64,000 bases of DNA from a virus. Both the position numbers and the translations under genes were made by a program. The stretch lies in IMG/VR virus record IMGVR_UViG_3300042007_000202, positions 1 to 64,000 of that record; one strand, 5' to 3'. Positions 47,977-57,010 of the stretch are shown in pieces. The number at the start of each line of letters is the position of its first letter. Within the stretch, counting starts at the first letter, position 1. The notes below the pieces were generated by a model. The model was not told the origin of the DNA and did no database searches. It saw only the letters and a list, made by a program, of their open reading frames with translations.

Positions 47977-49824
47977 TCAGGAGCAGGTGGTGAGCTGGTG
48001 GCTTCCGGAGAGGCCGTTGGCGCAGAGCGGCACCGTGACGACGTAGGACTGGAGGCAGCGGGAGCAGACCTGCCAGCCTTCCTCGGTGAACAGGGCGGTG
48101 TAAACGTTCTGGATCAGCGAGGCGTGGTCGTAGACGCCGTCCAGGTTGATGACGTCGGCCTGGAGCTGGAAGAAGGTGCCCGCCGGGTAGAGCAGGAACT
48201 TGACCTGCTCGGGCCAGGCGGTGGGGATGTCGCCGCCGAAGTCGGTTGCGACGCCCGAGGAGAGGGCGTCCTGCCAGTCGTAGACGTACTGCGGGGAGAC
48301 GCCGACCGCGCGGAGGTAGCCGTCGATCATGGCGTCGGAGACGTTCCAGCGGTTGTCGATGCCGAGCTTCTTGCGCAGGTCGGACTTGAGGATGCCGCGC
48401 ATCCAGTACGGCGCCACCATCTCCAGCGTGGCGTTCTGCGACAGGCGCCAGTGGTAGCGCTGGTACTGGACCTGGAGCTCCAGGATGGACAGCAGGCTCT
48501 CGACCGCGCCGGGGCCGTGGCCGTCAGCGATGGGCGCTGCCGGGTTGGGGTCAGCGACGGCCGGGAAGGTGACGGCCGTGCTCATGGCCTCCATCTTGGC
48601 CAGCTTGCGGGCGTTCATCTTGTGGGCGTGGATGAGCAGCGAGCCCTGGATGAACTGCTCCACGCGCTCGGGCCAGCCGCGCTCCATCAGGATCGGCGTC
48701 CTGATGCACATGCCGCTCACGTCCATGCGGCACTCTTCGAACTCCGGCGGGCAGGGGACCTCGACGCAGGTCTTCTCGACTCCGGCGATGGCCTGGGTCT
48801 CGGTGAGGTAGAAGCCGGTGGAGCCCCAGATGGCGGACCAGTCGAAGTCGGCCGGGTAGCGGATGCCTCCCCGGCGGGCGGTGACGGAGGGCAGGTCGAT
48901 CATGCCCTCTTCGGTCATGCGGATGGGGCAGAGGTCGTAGAGCTGCTCGCTGGGGGCGCACCATCCGGCCGCCGCGACCAGGCTTCCGCCGGGCAGGCGG
49001 GACTCGTCGGTGGCGCGGGCGATGACCTCTTCGGCCTGGCTGTCGTCCTGGATGACGAACTCGCTGGAGACCTCGCGCTTGATGCGGGCGAGCCCGACGC
49101 GGGTGCGTTCGCCGTCGCGGCCGGAGTTGACGTTCCCCGTGATCATGGGGCCCATCCGGTTCTCCCACGCGCGGGCCACGTCGCCCAGGCCGTTCTCCAT
49201 GGTCTGGCCGGTGGAGAACTCGGGGACGTCGGCGGCGGCGATGAGGTTGTACCGGGCGAAGGGCTGGGGGCCGTCGCTCTCCTGCTGGGCGGGGACGGCG
49301 CCACGGCGGGTGCCGAGCGGGACGCGGGCGGTGTTCTTCACGTTGGCTGCCACCAGTTCTCGTGCCTGGGCTCCGGCTCCCTCCTCGGTGTCGTCGTCCG
49401 GGGTCTGCCCCGGCGGCTGGTCCTCGGGGGTGTCCTCGGCGTTGTCGTCTTCGGGGGTCGGCTCCGGGTCGGGGGCCGGTTCGCCGTCGCCTTCGCCGCC
49501 GTCGGTGGCCTCGGCTTCCGGCTGCTGGAGTCCGCGCAGGCGTTCTCCGATCTCGGCTGCGCGGGCGGAGCGCTCGTCCTGCTGGGCGGTGACCACTCCG
49601 ATGCCGTCGGCGATGCGGGCCAGCGTCTCCAGCTTCTGGAGGGTGTCTTCGCTGGCGGGTCCGGCGTCCTCGGGGGACAGCTCGTCGTAGAGCGCCAGGA
49701 CGGCCTGGCTCAGCTCCTGCGGGGTGACCTCGGGGTGCTCGGTGAGGTGCTGCTGGATGACTGCGGGCTGGTCCTCTGCGGGGACGTCTGCGAGCCGGTT
49801 GAGAAGATCGTTGATGAAGCTCAC
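47977..49824 (-). CDS. Major capsid (hexamer-type) protein with N-terminal scaffold-like region
   Basis: SLVAAAGWCAPSE..YD; LP.V..RRGGI; K.C.EVPCP; N.YTALFTEEG. Confidence 0.88.
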   Translation of the reverse strand: MSFINDLLNRLADVPAEDQPAVIQQHLTEHPEVTPQELSQAVLALYDELSPEDAGPASEDTLQKLETLARIADGIGVVTAQQDERSARAAEIGERLRGLQQPEAEATDGGEGDGEPAPDPEPTPEDDNAEDTPEDQPPGQTPDDDTEEGAGAQARELVAANVKNTARVPLGTRRGAVPAQQESDGPQPFARYNLIAAADVPEFSTGQTMENGLGDVARAWENRMGPMITGNVNSGRDGERTRVGLARIKREVSSEFVIQDDSQAEEVIARATDESRLPGGSLVAAAGWCAPSEQLYDLCPIRMTEEGMIDLPSVTARRGGIRYPADFDWSAIWGSTGFYLTETQAIAGVEKTCVEVPCPPEFEECRMDVSGMCIRTPILMERGWPERVEQFIQGSLLIHAHKMNARKLAKMEAMSTAVTFPAVADPNPAAPIADGHGPGAVESLLSILELQVQYQRYHWRLSQNATLEMVAPYWMRGILKSDLRKKLGIDNRWNVSDAMIDGYLRAVGVSPQYVYDWQDALSSGVATDFGGDIPTAWPEQVKFLLYPAGTFFQLQADVINLDGVYDHASLIQNVYTALFTEEGWQVCSRCLQSYVVTVPLCANGLSGSHQLTTCS

Positions 49825-49960
49825 GGCGTGGGCACACCCTTTCGGGTATCTCGTTCCGTGCCCTCGGCCCATCAACCAGCAGAGCGTCCTACGTAGCGTA
49901 GCCGACTGCTCACGCTTCGTGCCCGAGCGGGCGTCCATCCGCGCAGATCAGGTGTCAGAT

Positions 49961-50010
49961 GTGACACGAGATTTGCATGCGCGGTCGCACGGTGATAACT
50001 TGATGTCTCG
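49961..50010 (+). promoter_or_regulatory. Family C promoter
   Basis: GTGACACGAGAT TTGCAT-17-TAACTT GATGTCTC. Confidence 0.8.
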
Positions 50011-50056
50011 CAAGGGGGCTGCGGCCCCCACCACCACCGACCCGGAGGAGCCAGCC

Positions 50057-50479
50057 ATGGCCAGCCCGATCGCCTCATGGAACGTCACCTACACCGACGC
50101 CGAAGGCAAGCGCCACCGCATCACCGGCCTGCCCGACTGGGACACCGCCCGGGAGGAGGCCGCCCGGCTGCGCGCCACCGGCGCCCGATGGGTCAAGACC
50201 CACCCCCACTTCGCCACCCTCCAGGACACCATCGCCTACGCCAGCCGGAACCTGATCCCCAAGGCCGAGGCGGAGCCGCTGTTCATCACCGAACTGGACG
50301 GCCCCACCTTCGCGTCGGCGGAGGAGCTGGACGACTACCGCTGGCGCAACGCCTCCGACGACCGCTCCGACTACGACGCGGAGATGGCGTACGAGCGCCA
50401 CCTGGAGACCAACGACCAGTACCGGTGGGAGCACGAGCAGGACGAACTCCGCGCCGCCGCCTTCGGCTACGGCTTCTGA
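50057..50479 (+). CDS. Hypothetical protein
   Basis: RBS GGAGGAG. Confidence 0.75.
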   Translation: MASPIASWNVTYTDAEGKRHRITGLPDWDTAREEAARLRATGARWVKTHPHFATLQDTIAYASRNLIPKAEAEPLFITELDGPTFASAEELDDYRWRNASDDRSDYDAEMAYERHLETNDQYRWEHEQDELRAAAFGYGF

Positions 50480-50540
50480 CCCACCCCCGGGGGCGGCCAC
50501 CCGGCCGCCCCTCCCCGTCCGCGCAGATAGAGAGGCCGCC

Positions 50541-50951
50541 ATGCCCCAGCGGCGCACCCCCGCGCCCCCGTCCACCCGCCCGCTCCGCACCGACGACGAA
50601 CTCCACATCCTGGCCCTGGGTGCTCTGGCCGAACGCCACGGCGCCGGGCCCGACGAGGCCCTGGCCCAGCAGTACGCCACCGAGTACGACGAGATCATGC
50701 GCGCCTTCCGGGGCGCCCGCCGCCAGCGCATGGCGCACCTGTACCCGAACGTCGCCGCGCAGCACCTGGACGGCCAGGTGCTCACCGTGCTCAAAGACGA
50801 CCTGGACGGCGAGAGCACGGCGGACCTGGTCATCACGCTGGTCCATCACCTGGAGATGCTGACCAAGAGCACCACCTACGACGACGGACACGCCTTCAAG
50901 GTGGCCGCTCTCTGGCGCGAGCTGGCCTTCCGGGGCATCACCCTCACCTGA
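50541..50951 (+). CDS. Hypothetical protein
   Basis: Bounded by family A sites. Confidence 0.75.
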   Translation: MPQRRTPAPPSTRPLRTDDELHILALGALAERHGAGPDEALAQQYATEYDEIMRAFRGARRQRMAHLYPNVAAQHLDGQVLTVLKDDLDGESTADLVITLVHHLEMLTKSTTYDDGHAFKVAALWRELAFRGITLT

Positions 50952-50976
50952 TCCACGCAGATAGGACACACACCGC

Positions 50977-51477
50977 ATGAGTAACGCAACCTTCCGGCTC
51001 GTCTCCGAGCTGCCCGAGGTGGACAACCCCCTCATCAGCAAGCCGGACCACATCGTCAACCCGTTCGCCGGGCAGGCGCGCAACCCCGGCCACCGCTTCA
51101 CGCTCCTGCGGGGCGAGGCGCGCTGGGCGTGGGCGCACGTGCTGCGCGCCGTGGGCGGCTGGACCGTGATCTCCGCTGGCGTCCTGTCCACGTCGGTTTT
51201 CCCGACCGCCGACGAGGCCGGGGAGTACCTGGTCCGCCAGTTCCTGGGCGCCAACGGCGACGGCTACGACCACCTCTCCCACGAGGCGTACGCCCAGCGG
51301 GGGCGCATCGCCCACATCCGGGACGAGGCCGAGCCCCACACCACGTACTGCGGGGAGGCCGCTACCACCCCGGCGGTGTTCGACCTGGGCGAGCCCAACC
51401 ACGTGGAGCAGCACTGCATCAAGTGCGACCGGTCCTACCGCGCCACGCACTACGGCCGGATGGCGGTGACCCACTGA
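50977..51477 (+). CDS. Hypothetical protein with C-terminal Zn finger
   Basis: H...YCG...CIKC. Confidence 0.7.
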   Translation: MSNATFRLVSELPEVDNPLISKPDHIVNPFAGQARNPGHRFTLLRGEARWAWAHVLRAVGGWTVISAGVLSTSVFPTADEAGEYLVRQFLGANGDGYDHLSHEAYAQRGRIAHIRDEAEPHTTYCGEAATTPAVFDLGEPNHVEQHCIKCDRSYRATHYGRMAVTH

Positions 51478-51683
51478 TGGCGCTCGGCAAGCCCGAGGGG
51501 TGGGCGTGCGCGCACAACCCCTGGCACGCGTACGCCCCGGCCAGCCCGACCCGGTGCCGCCACTGCGGCGAGGAGCGCTCAGCGGCCGACGCCTTGGTGT
51601 CGCTGGTGGCCGGGTGGGAGGGCTGGTCGGAGCAGATGGCGCGGGACCTGGTGGAGCTGCACGCCGAGCAGGTGAAGGCGTGA
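51477..51683 (+). CDS. Small Zn-binding protein
   Basis: TGATG coupling; H...CRHCG. Confidence 0.55.
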   Translation: MALGKPEGWACAHNPWHAYAPASPTRCRHCGEERSAADALVSLVAGWEGWSEQMARDLVELHAEQVKA

Positions 51684-51700
51684 GGGGGCCGCGCGCCACC

Positions 51701-52015
51701 ATGAGCAACGACGGCGAGATGCGCGTCGATCTGAAGGTGGCGGTGCGCGCCAGCCGGGATGAGCTGGCGATCGTGCTGATCCGGGGGAAGGCGCCGTACC
51801 ACGTGGCCGGAGAAGACCGCGAGGAGCTGTCGGCCGCCGCCGCAGAAAGGGCGATCAAGCAATTCCTGTGCCAGTGGGGCACGGAGGTGGAGGGCTGGTC
51901 GGACCACATGGAGGAAGGCCAGCGGGATGAGTGGCTGGAGTGGGCGCGGCGCCAGGTGGACCGCGCCTACCCGGCCCTGGCCCCCGGCGGGAGCGACGGC
52001 CCGCCCGGCAGCTGA
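51701..52015 (+). CDS. Hypothetical protein
   Basis: ORF ends just before the hairpin. Confidence 0.6.
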   Translation: MSNDGEMRVDLKVAVRASRDELAIVLIRGKAPYHVAGEDREELSAAAAERAIKQFLCQWGTEVEGWSDHMEEGQRDEWLEWARRQVDRAYPALAPGGSDGPPGS

Positions 52016-52026
52016 GCCGCCCGCGA

Positions 52027-52076
52027 CGCGCGAAGGCGCCCCCGGGTGCCAACGGGGCCGGGGGCGCCTTCGCGCG
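52027..52076. terminator. Bidirectional hairpin terminator
   Basis: 19-bp perfect stem CGCGCGAAGGCGCCCCCGG between convergent genes. Confidence 0.8.
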
Positions 52077-52121
52077 CATGGAACACACAAACGGCCACTT
52101 CGAGGAGAAGCGGCCCTCACT

Positions 52122-52325
52122 CTAGCGGCCGTACATGGCGTCGCGGGCGAACCACACCAGGGCGCCCGGCCACACGGCCACCATGACTCCCCACAGGGCC
52201 CAGCGCTTGCGCTGGGTAAGGTCCCGGCCGCCGGTCTCCTGGAAACCAGCGGCGAGCCAGCGGGGGGAGGGCCCGAGCGCCGCCATGAGGACGGCGCCGG
52301 TGAGCCAGATCCAGAAGGCGGTCAT
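52122..52325 (-). CDS. Small membrane protein
   Basis: Two hydrophobic segments. Confidence 0.55.
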   Translation of the reverse strand: MTAFWIWLTGAVLMAALGPSPRWLAAGFQETGGRDLTQRKRWALWGVMVAVWPGALVWFARDAMYGR

Positions 52326-52525
52326 GCGATCGGCAGTCCGGTGCGGTGGTCGATCTTCTGGTAGGTGGAGCCCGGGTTGGCCTGCTGTGCCTTCTTGGCG
52401 GCGGGCTCTTCCCAGTAGTCGACGGTGGCCCCGTTGGTGTGGGTGAGGCGCCACACGGCGGCGGTGCCGCCTGCCATCACCGTGGACGCGACCGCGCCCC
52501 GGCGGCCTCCGCAGTTGCAACCCAT
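52322..52525 (-). CDS. Small MGCNCG-start actinophage head-region protein
   Basis: MGCNCGG start; RBS GGAGGAGG. Confidence 0.7.
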   Translation of the reverse strand: MGCNCGGRRGAVASTVMAGGTAAVWRLTHTNGATVDYWEEPAAKKAQQANPGSTYQKIDHRTGLPIA

Positions 52526-52690
52526 CTGTTCCTCCTCCACCGGCCCGCGCCGGACGCTAACGTTGTGTGTGCAACCGGGCACGGAACGAGACGGCGAGAA
52601 GGCGTCCTGTGCGCGGCCTGTCGGGGGGTCCCCCGGGCGTCGCACTGGGCGTCGTGCGAGCAAGCCGGGGGACCACCTGATCCGCGTGGA

Positions 52691-53194
52691 TCAGGCAGGG
52701 TCGAGCCACTTCACCCGCGTTCGCCCCTCGTGGCCGTTGATGGCCATGGCCTCTTCGATGGACGGCCACTCCACGATGGAGCGGACTTCGCCCAGCCACA
52801 TGAGCACCACCCCGCCGTGGGGGAAGACGGCGCCCTCCACGGCGATGCCCGGCCCGCTGGTGCCGGTCTCGTCCTCGCGGCGGTCGTAGATGAACCGGCG
52901 GGGGGCGACCTCGTAGTCCAGCGGCTCACCGATGCTGGTCGCGCACCACCGCAGCTTCCCCCGGCCCCACCAGTCCTCCATCAGGGCGGCCATGTTGGCG
53001 TACCGCTGGCAGGTCTGGCCGGACTGCGACATGACGACGATGCGCCCGTCGGAGAACACCGCGCCGGAGGCGATGGGGACCTGGTTGCGGTCCAGCATCA
53101 CGAAGGTGCGCAGGTTGCCCTCGTAGGTGGCGGGGATGAGGTGCCCCTTGTTGATCTCGGCCGGGATGACCTCATCCTCAGTGTCGACTGGCAT
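52691..53194 (-). CDS. Conserved phage protein with tandem domains (R..D.[ST]G.SG.G..EG..F family)
   Basis: RREDETGTSGPGIAVEGAVFP.G.VV..W...GHEGRTRV.W. Confidence 0.75.
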   Translation of the reverse strand: MPVDTEDEVIPAEINKGHLIPATYEGNLRTFVMLDRNQVPIASGAVFSDGRIVVMSQSGQTCQRYANMAALMEDWWGRGKLRWCATSIGEPLDYEVAPRRFIYDRREDETGTSGPGIAVEGAVFPHGGVVLMWLGEVRSIVEWPSIEEAMAINGHEGRTRVKWLDPA

Positions 53195-53220
53195 GCATTT
53201 CTCCCACGGTTGTGTGCTGG

Positions 53221-53427
53221 TCACTCGTCCGGGAAGCCGCAGGCTTCGAGGAACTTGGAGCGGTTGAAGCCGTAGCCGCCCCGGTACTGGCGGGCGCAGG
53301 CGGAGGCCAACTGGCGGGCCGCCACGCCGAGGACGGCCAGGGCCGCCCCGTTGTCCTCGGCGACCCACCGCTTCGTGTCGGCCACCGCGTTGGCGATGGC
53401 CCAGAAGTCCTTCTTGCTCATGGCCAT
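53221..53427 (-). CDS. Conserved small phage protein
   Basis: MSKKDF.AIA...FN..KFLEAC. Confidence 0.7.
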   Translation of the reverse strand: MAMSKKDFWAIANAVADTKRWVAEDNGAALAVLGVAARQLASACARQYRGGYGFNRSKFLEACGFPDE

Positions 53428-53431
53428 GGCG

Positions 53432-56400
53432 TCAGCTCGCGCGCGCGGCGGCCTTCATCGCCTCCCACTTCTGGATGGCCGCACAGGCTTCGGCCTTGCT
53501 GCCGGGGTTGACCTGCTGGATGCCGGGCCAGTTCAGGTCGCCGGAGGCGCACATCTTCTTCGCGGCGTTGACCCCGGTGGCGATGGCCCGGCTGGTGTCC
53601 ATGCCCTTGCTCTTGAGGTGGTCAGCGATCCGCTTGATGTACGGCGGCAGCCCGCCTTGCTGGTCGACCCAGTTCTTCGCCAGGGCGATGTCCTGGTTGC
53701 TCGGGGTGGGCAGGCCGCCGAACCCGGCCAGGGGCATGGGCACTTCGGTCTTGCGCTGGGGCTGGAGGCCGCTGATGCGCTTCCTGGCGAGGGCTGTGCG
53801 GCGGGCCAGGTCGGTGGCGCGGCGCTGGCTGGCGGTCTCCCTGAAGGCGGCCATGCGCTCTTCCAGGGAAGCGGCGCGCTGGCGGCGGGCGGCGCGGCCT
53901 TCCAGCTCATCCGCGACGGCCGCCGCCAGGTGCACCGGCTCCGCCTGGCGCAGCTCGAACGCCTGGAGGCCGCTGGCCTGGGCGGCGGGCTGGCTGTCGG
54001 GGGCGGAGGGCGGGGTGGCCTCTTCCTCCTTGGGCCAGAACCCGGCCGCGACGAGGGAGAAGAACGAGCCGTCGGGGCCGGTCTTCTTCGCGGCGAGGGG
54101 GAAGCCGGGGCTGTTGACCGCCAGCGCGGCGATCAGCTCGGCGCCGCCCCGGACCTCGCGCCAGTCCCCGGAGAACGAGGCGAGGGAGAGGCGGAGGCGG
54201 TCTTCCTGGCTGACGAAGGGGAGCACTGCCCCGGCGACCCAGATGCCGTGGGCGTCTTCACCGACGCGGACCACGGCGGCCTGGGTGCCGGTGTGGTCGT
54301 AGTGGGACATGGCGCCGGTCGCGCTGGCTGTCAGCTTGGCGTGGCCGGTGTTCATGGTGATCAGGCCGCAGCGGACCGTGCCTGTGCTGGTGCGGACGGG
54401 GCGCAGGTTGTAGTAGGCGTAGCCGGAGGCGGAGTGCGGCGGGGGGACGCAGCGGTCCTTGAAGCCGACGTGGCAGGAGCCCCAGGCGGCGAGGTAGCCG
54501 GATACCTGCCCGGTCTCTACATCCACGCGGATGGAGTGGGCGCCGGAGCTGCCGTCGGGCTGCTCGAACCACTCGCCGGGCGGGGTCCAGCCGGGGGCGA
54601 AGGTCTCTGTGGTGGCGGAGGCGGTGATGGCGACGGCCTGGCACGGCTCGCATCCGGCCGGAGGCTCGGACGCCTCGGCCTCCTGCACGATGGACTCGGC
54701 CTCGTCCACCACGGCGGCGGCGGCCTCGGTCTCCGGCGCCCCGGCTGCTGTGATCTTGTCCCACGGGGTGGCCTTGACCTCCTCGCGCAGGGCGCCCATG
54801 TCCGCCAGTCCGGCCGGGTCCCACCACGCGACGACCTCAATACTGTCGCCGTCGGGGTCGTCCGGGTTCAGGACGGTGCGGTCGTCGGGGTCGGGGTTGA
54901 TGCCGACGCCGCTCTCCTCCGGCACCAGCAGCAGGAAGCCCTGGTACACGCCGTTGTCGCTGGTCCAGGTGTCCACGATCTCGCCCTGGCCGCGCATGTC
55001 GCAGCCGGTCTCCTCGCAGAACTCCCGGAAGGCGGCGTCCTCGGCGGTCTCGCCCTCCTCGATGCCGCCGCCCGGCCACTCCCACATGCCGGAGGCGGGG
55101 TCTTCGTCGTCCAGGGCGCGCTGGATCAGCAGCACGCGGCCGGTGTCCTGTGCCTTGACCGCCAGCCCGGCGTGCGTGGGGGTGGATGCCGGGCTGGCGG
55201 GGTCTTCGTCCTCCGCGAGACGCGTGACGCCCATCTGCGCGGATGGGGTGACGTCGTCGGGGGTGGAGGGGCGGGCGCCGGGGGCGTCGCAGGGGGCGGG
55301 CTCCCATCCGGTGCCGTCCTCGGTCGGCGCGACGCACTCCCCCGTCACGACAGGGGTTTCAGGGTCAAGCTCTTCAGCGGCCTGCTCGTCGTCTGCGGCG
55401 ATGTCCTGGGGGACATCCCCCGCCTCGGCCTCCTCGTCATCCTCAGTGGCCGTCTGGGAGTCCTCAGCCGGTACCGCCTCTTCCTCCGGCTCCACGGGTG
55501 CTTCGCCCTGGGCCTGTTCCGGCTCGAACGGGCCGTCGCCGGTGGGGTTCGCCGGGACCGCTTCGGGGTCTTCGCAGTCAGCCGCCATCCACGCGCCGAT
55601 CTCGTCCTGCTTCACGCAGCCCCAGGCCGGGTCGTAGCCCACGATCTCCGAGAACGCCGCAGCGGTGAGGGCCTGGCCGTCCGCGTCCGCGAGAGCGATG
55701 GCCGCGTTGGGGAAGGCCGGGTGGGCCAGGAGGGTGGCGCCCATAATGCGCCAGCCGTCGTAGACGTCGCCGACCATGAGGGAGCGGTCGTTGGGGTCGC
55801 CGTCCGGCACGATGGTGCCGTCTTCCCTGAGGAGCACCTGGTGGGCGCTGGCGTCGTCCACGTCCAGACTGACGAAGCGGACGAAGCCCAGGCCGACCTT
55901 GCGGGCCAGGTCGCGCCCGACCGGGTCCTCCATGTCGAAGCGGCCCTCGCCCCACACCTGGCTCCCTTCGGTCCAGATGCGGTCGATGACGCCGACGCCG
56001 AGTTCGGAGCCGTCGTGGCCCTTGGCCAGGGTGCCCTGGACGAGGAGCGGCAGCGGAAGGGGGCGGGAGCGGACGCCGCCCTCGGGGGTGGCGAGCATTC
56101 GCTGATCCGCGGACCACTCGTCCATGAAGCCCAGGACGCCGCGCCACCGGCCGCTGGGCTCCACGGTCACGGGTCCTGTCTCGGTGACGGTGGGCGTGGT
56201 CATGGACTCCTCCTGTGGTGCTGAGGCGGCGGTGAGGGCGGGGTCCCCGGCGGGGCCGTAGCGGGCGGAGCAGCGGCAGTTGATGACTTCGCCTGCGGGG
56301 CCGAGGGGGTCGCCGGGGAACTGGAGGCGGTGGCCGCCGATCTCGAACGGCTCGGTCAGGGGGCGGACTTGGCCGTCGGCGTTGAGGTGGGTCTCGCGTA

Positions 56401-57010
56401 CGCGCTGGTCGTGGGTGCATTGCCAGCGCTTCTCCCACGGCTGGCCGGTGCGCTCCTGTTCCGCGAGCGCGCCGTGCGCGGCGCCCGCGTTGAGGGCCGT
56501 CATGGTCTCGGTGCGGGTCATGGTCATGATCTGGCCGTCCCACTCCTCCAGCGTCATCAGCGCGGACAGGCGTTCCTTGAGCTGGGCGGGGGATTCGCCG
56601 CTCGGCCGGTGCAGGATGGCGCGCAGCAGCCGGTCAGCGAAGGCGCGCCGGAACCCGGCGAGGCGGTCGCCCAGGCCTTCGCCGTGGCCTTGGTCGTCGT
56701 CGGGGGCGTCGTCGGGGCGGCCGGTGATCCGTCCGAAGCTGCCGCGCCACAGGGCGCGGGTGGGGCCGAGGACGAAGCGGTTCAGGATGCGCCGCCAGGT
56801 CGCCTCTGACGGCACGCCCGGCGGGTGGCCGGGCTCGGGCTCGGCGGCGGCTGTCAGGGCCTCCAGAGAGCCGCCCAGCGGTCCCTTGCGGGCTTCCGCG
56901 AGGAAGGCTTCCACGGCGTCCCGGATGGCGGGGTAGAGCTGGGCTTCGGCCCGGCGGATGTAGGTGTAGTCCTTCATCCGCTCGGACAGCCACGGGTCAG
57001 GCATGGGCAA
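53432..57010 (-). CDS. Head polyprotein: MuF + prohead protease + Nudix + second head domain
   Basis: RTET..A.N, K.W...D.RVR.TH..ADGQ, FPGDP..PA.EVINCRC; GHDG...VSLD...GATL...PAF; Nudix box GGGIEEGETAEDAAFREFCEETG. Confidence 0.88.
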   Translation of the reverse strand: MPMPDPWLSERMKDYTYIRRAEAQLYPAIRDAVEAFLAEARKGPLGGSLEALTAAAEPEPGHPPGVPSEATWRRILNRFVLGPTRALWRGSFGRITGRPDDAPDDDQGHGEGLGDRLAGFRRAFADRLLRAILHRPSGESPAQLKERLSALMTLEEWDGQIMTMTRTETMTALNAGAAHGALAEQERTGQPWEKRWQCTHDQRVRETHLNADGQVRPLTEPFEIGGHRLQFPGDPLGPAGEVINCRCSARYGPAGDPALTAASAPQEESMTTPTVTETGPVTVEPSGRWRGVLGFMDEWSADQRMLATPEGGVRSRPLPLPLLVQGTLAKGHDGSELGVGVIDRIWTEGSQVWGEGRFDMEDPVGRDLARKVGLGFVRFVSLDVDDASAHQVLLREDGTIVPDGDPNDRSLMVGDVYDGWRIMGATLLAHPAFPNAAIALADADGQALTAAAFSEIVGYDPAWGCVKQDEIGAWMAADCEDPEAVPANPTGDGPFEPEQAQGEAPVEPEEEAVPAEDSQTATEDDEEAEAGDVPQDIAADDEQAAEELDPETPVVTGECVAPTEDGTGWEPAPCDAPGARPSTPDDVTPSAQMGVTRLAEDEDPASPASTPTHAGLAVKAQDTGRVLLIQRALDDEDPASGMWEWPGGGIEEGETAEDAAFREFCEETGCDMRGQGEIVDTWTSDNGVYQGFLLLVPEESGVGINPDPDDRTVLNPDDPDGDSIEVVAWWDPAGLADMGALREEVKATPWDKITAAGAPETEAAAAVVDEAESIVQEAEASEPPAGCEPCQAVAITASATTETFAPGWTPPGEWFEQPDGSSGAHSIRVDVETGQVSGYLAAWGSCHVGFKDRCVPPPHSASGYAYYNLRPVRTSTGTVRCGLITMNTGHAKLTASATGAMSHYDHTGTQAAVVRVGEDAHGIWVAGAVLPFVSQEDRLRLSLASFSGDWREVRGGAELIAALAVNSPGFPLAAKKTGPDGSFFSLVAAGFWPKEEEATPPSAPDSQPAAQASGLQAFELRQAEPVHLAAAVADELEGRAARRQRAASLEERMAAFRETASQRRATDLARRTALARKRISGLQPQRKTEVPMPLAGFGGLPTPSNQDIALAKNWVDQQGGLPPYIKRIADHLKSKGMDTSRAIATGVNAAKKMCASGDLNWPGIQQVNPGSKAEACAAIQKWEAMKAAARAS

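Noticed and set aside
47977-49938. ORF-track starts for capsid (49938), tape measure (24541) and recombinase (28774)
   Set aside because: Downstream GTG starts at 49824, 24493 and 28630 have better RBSs and avoid the regulatory motifs
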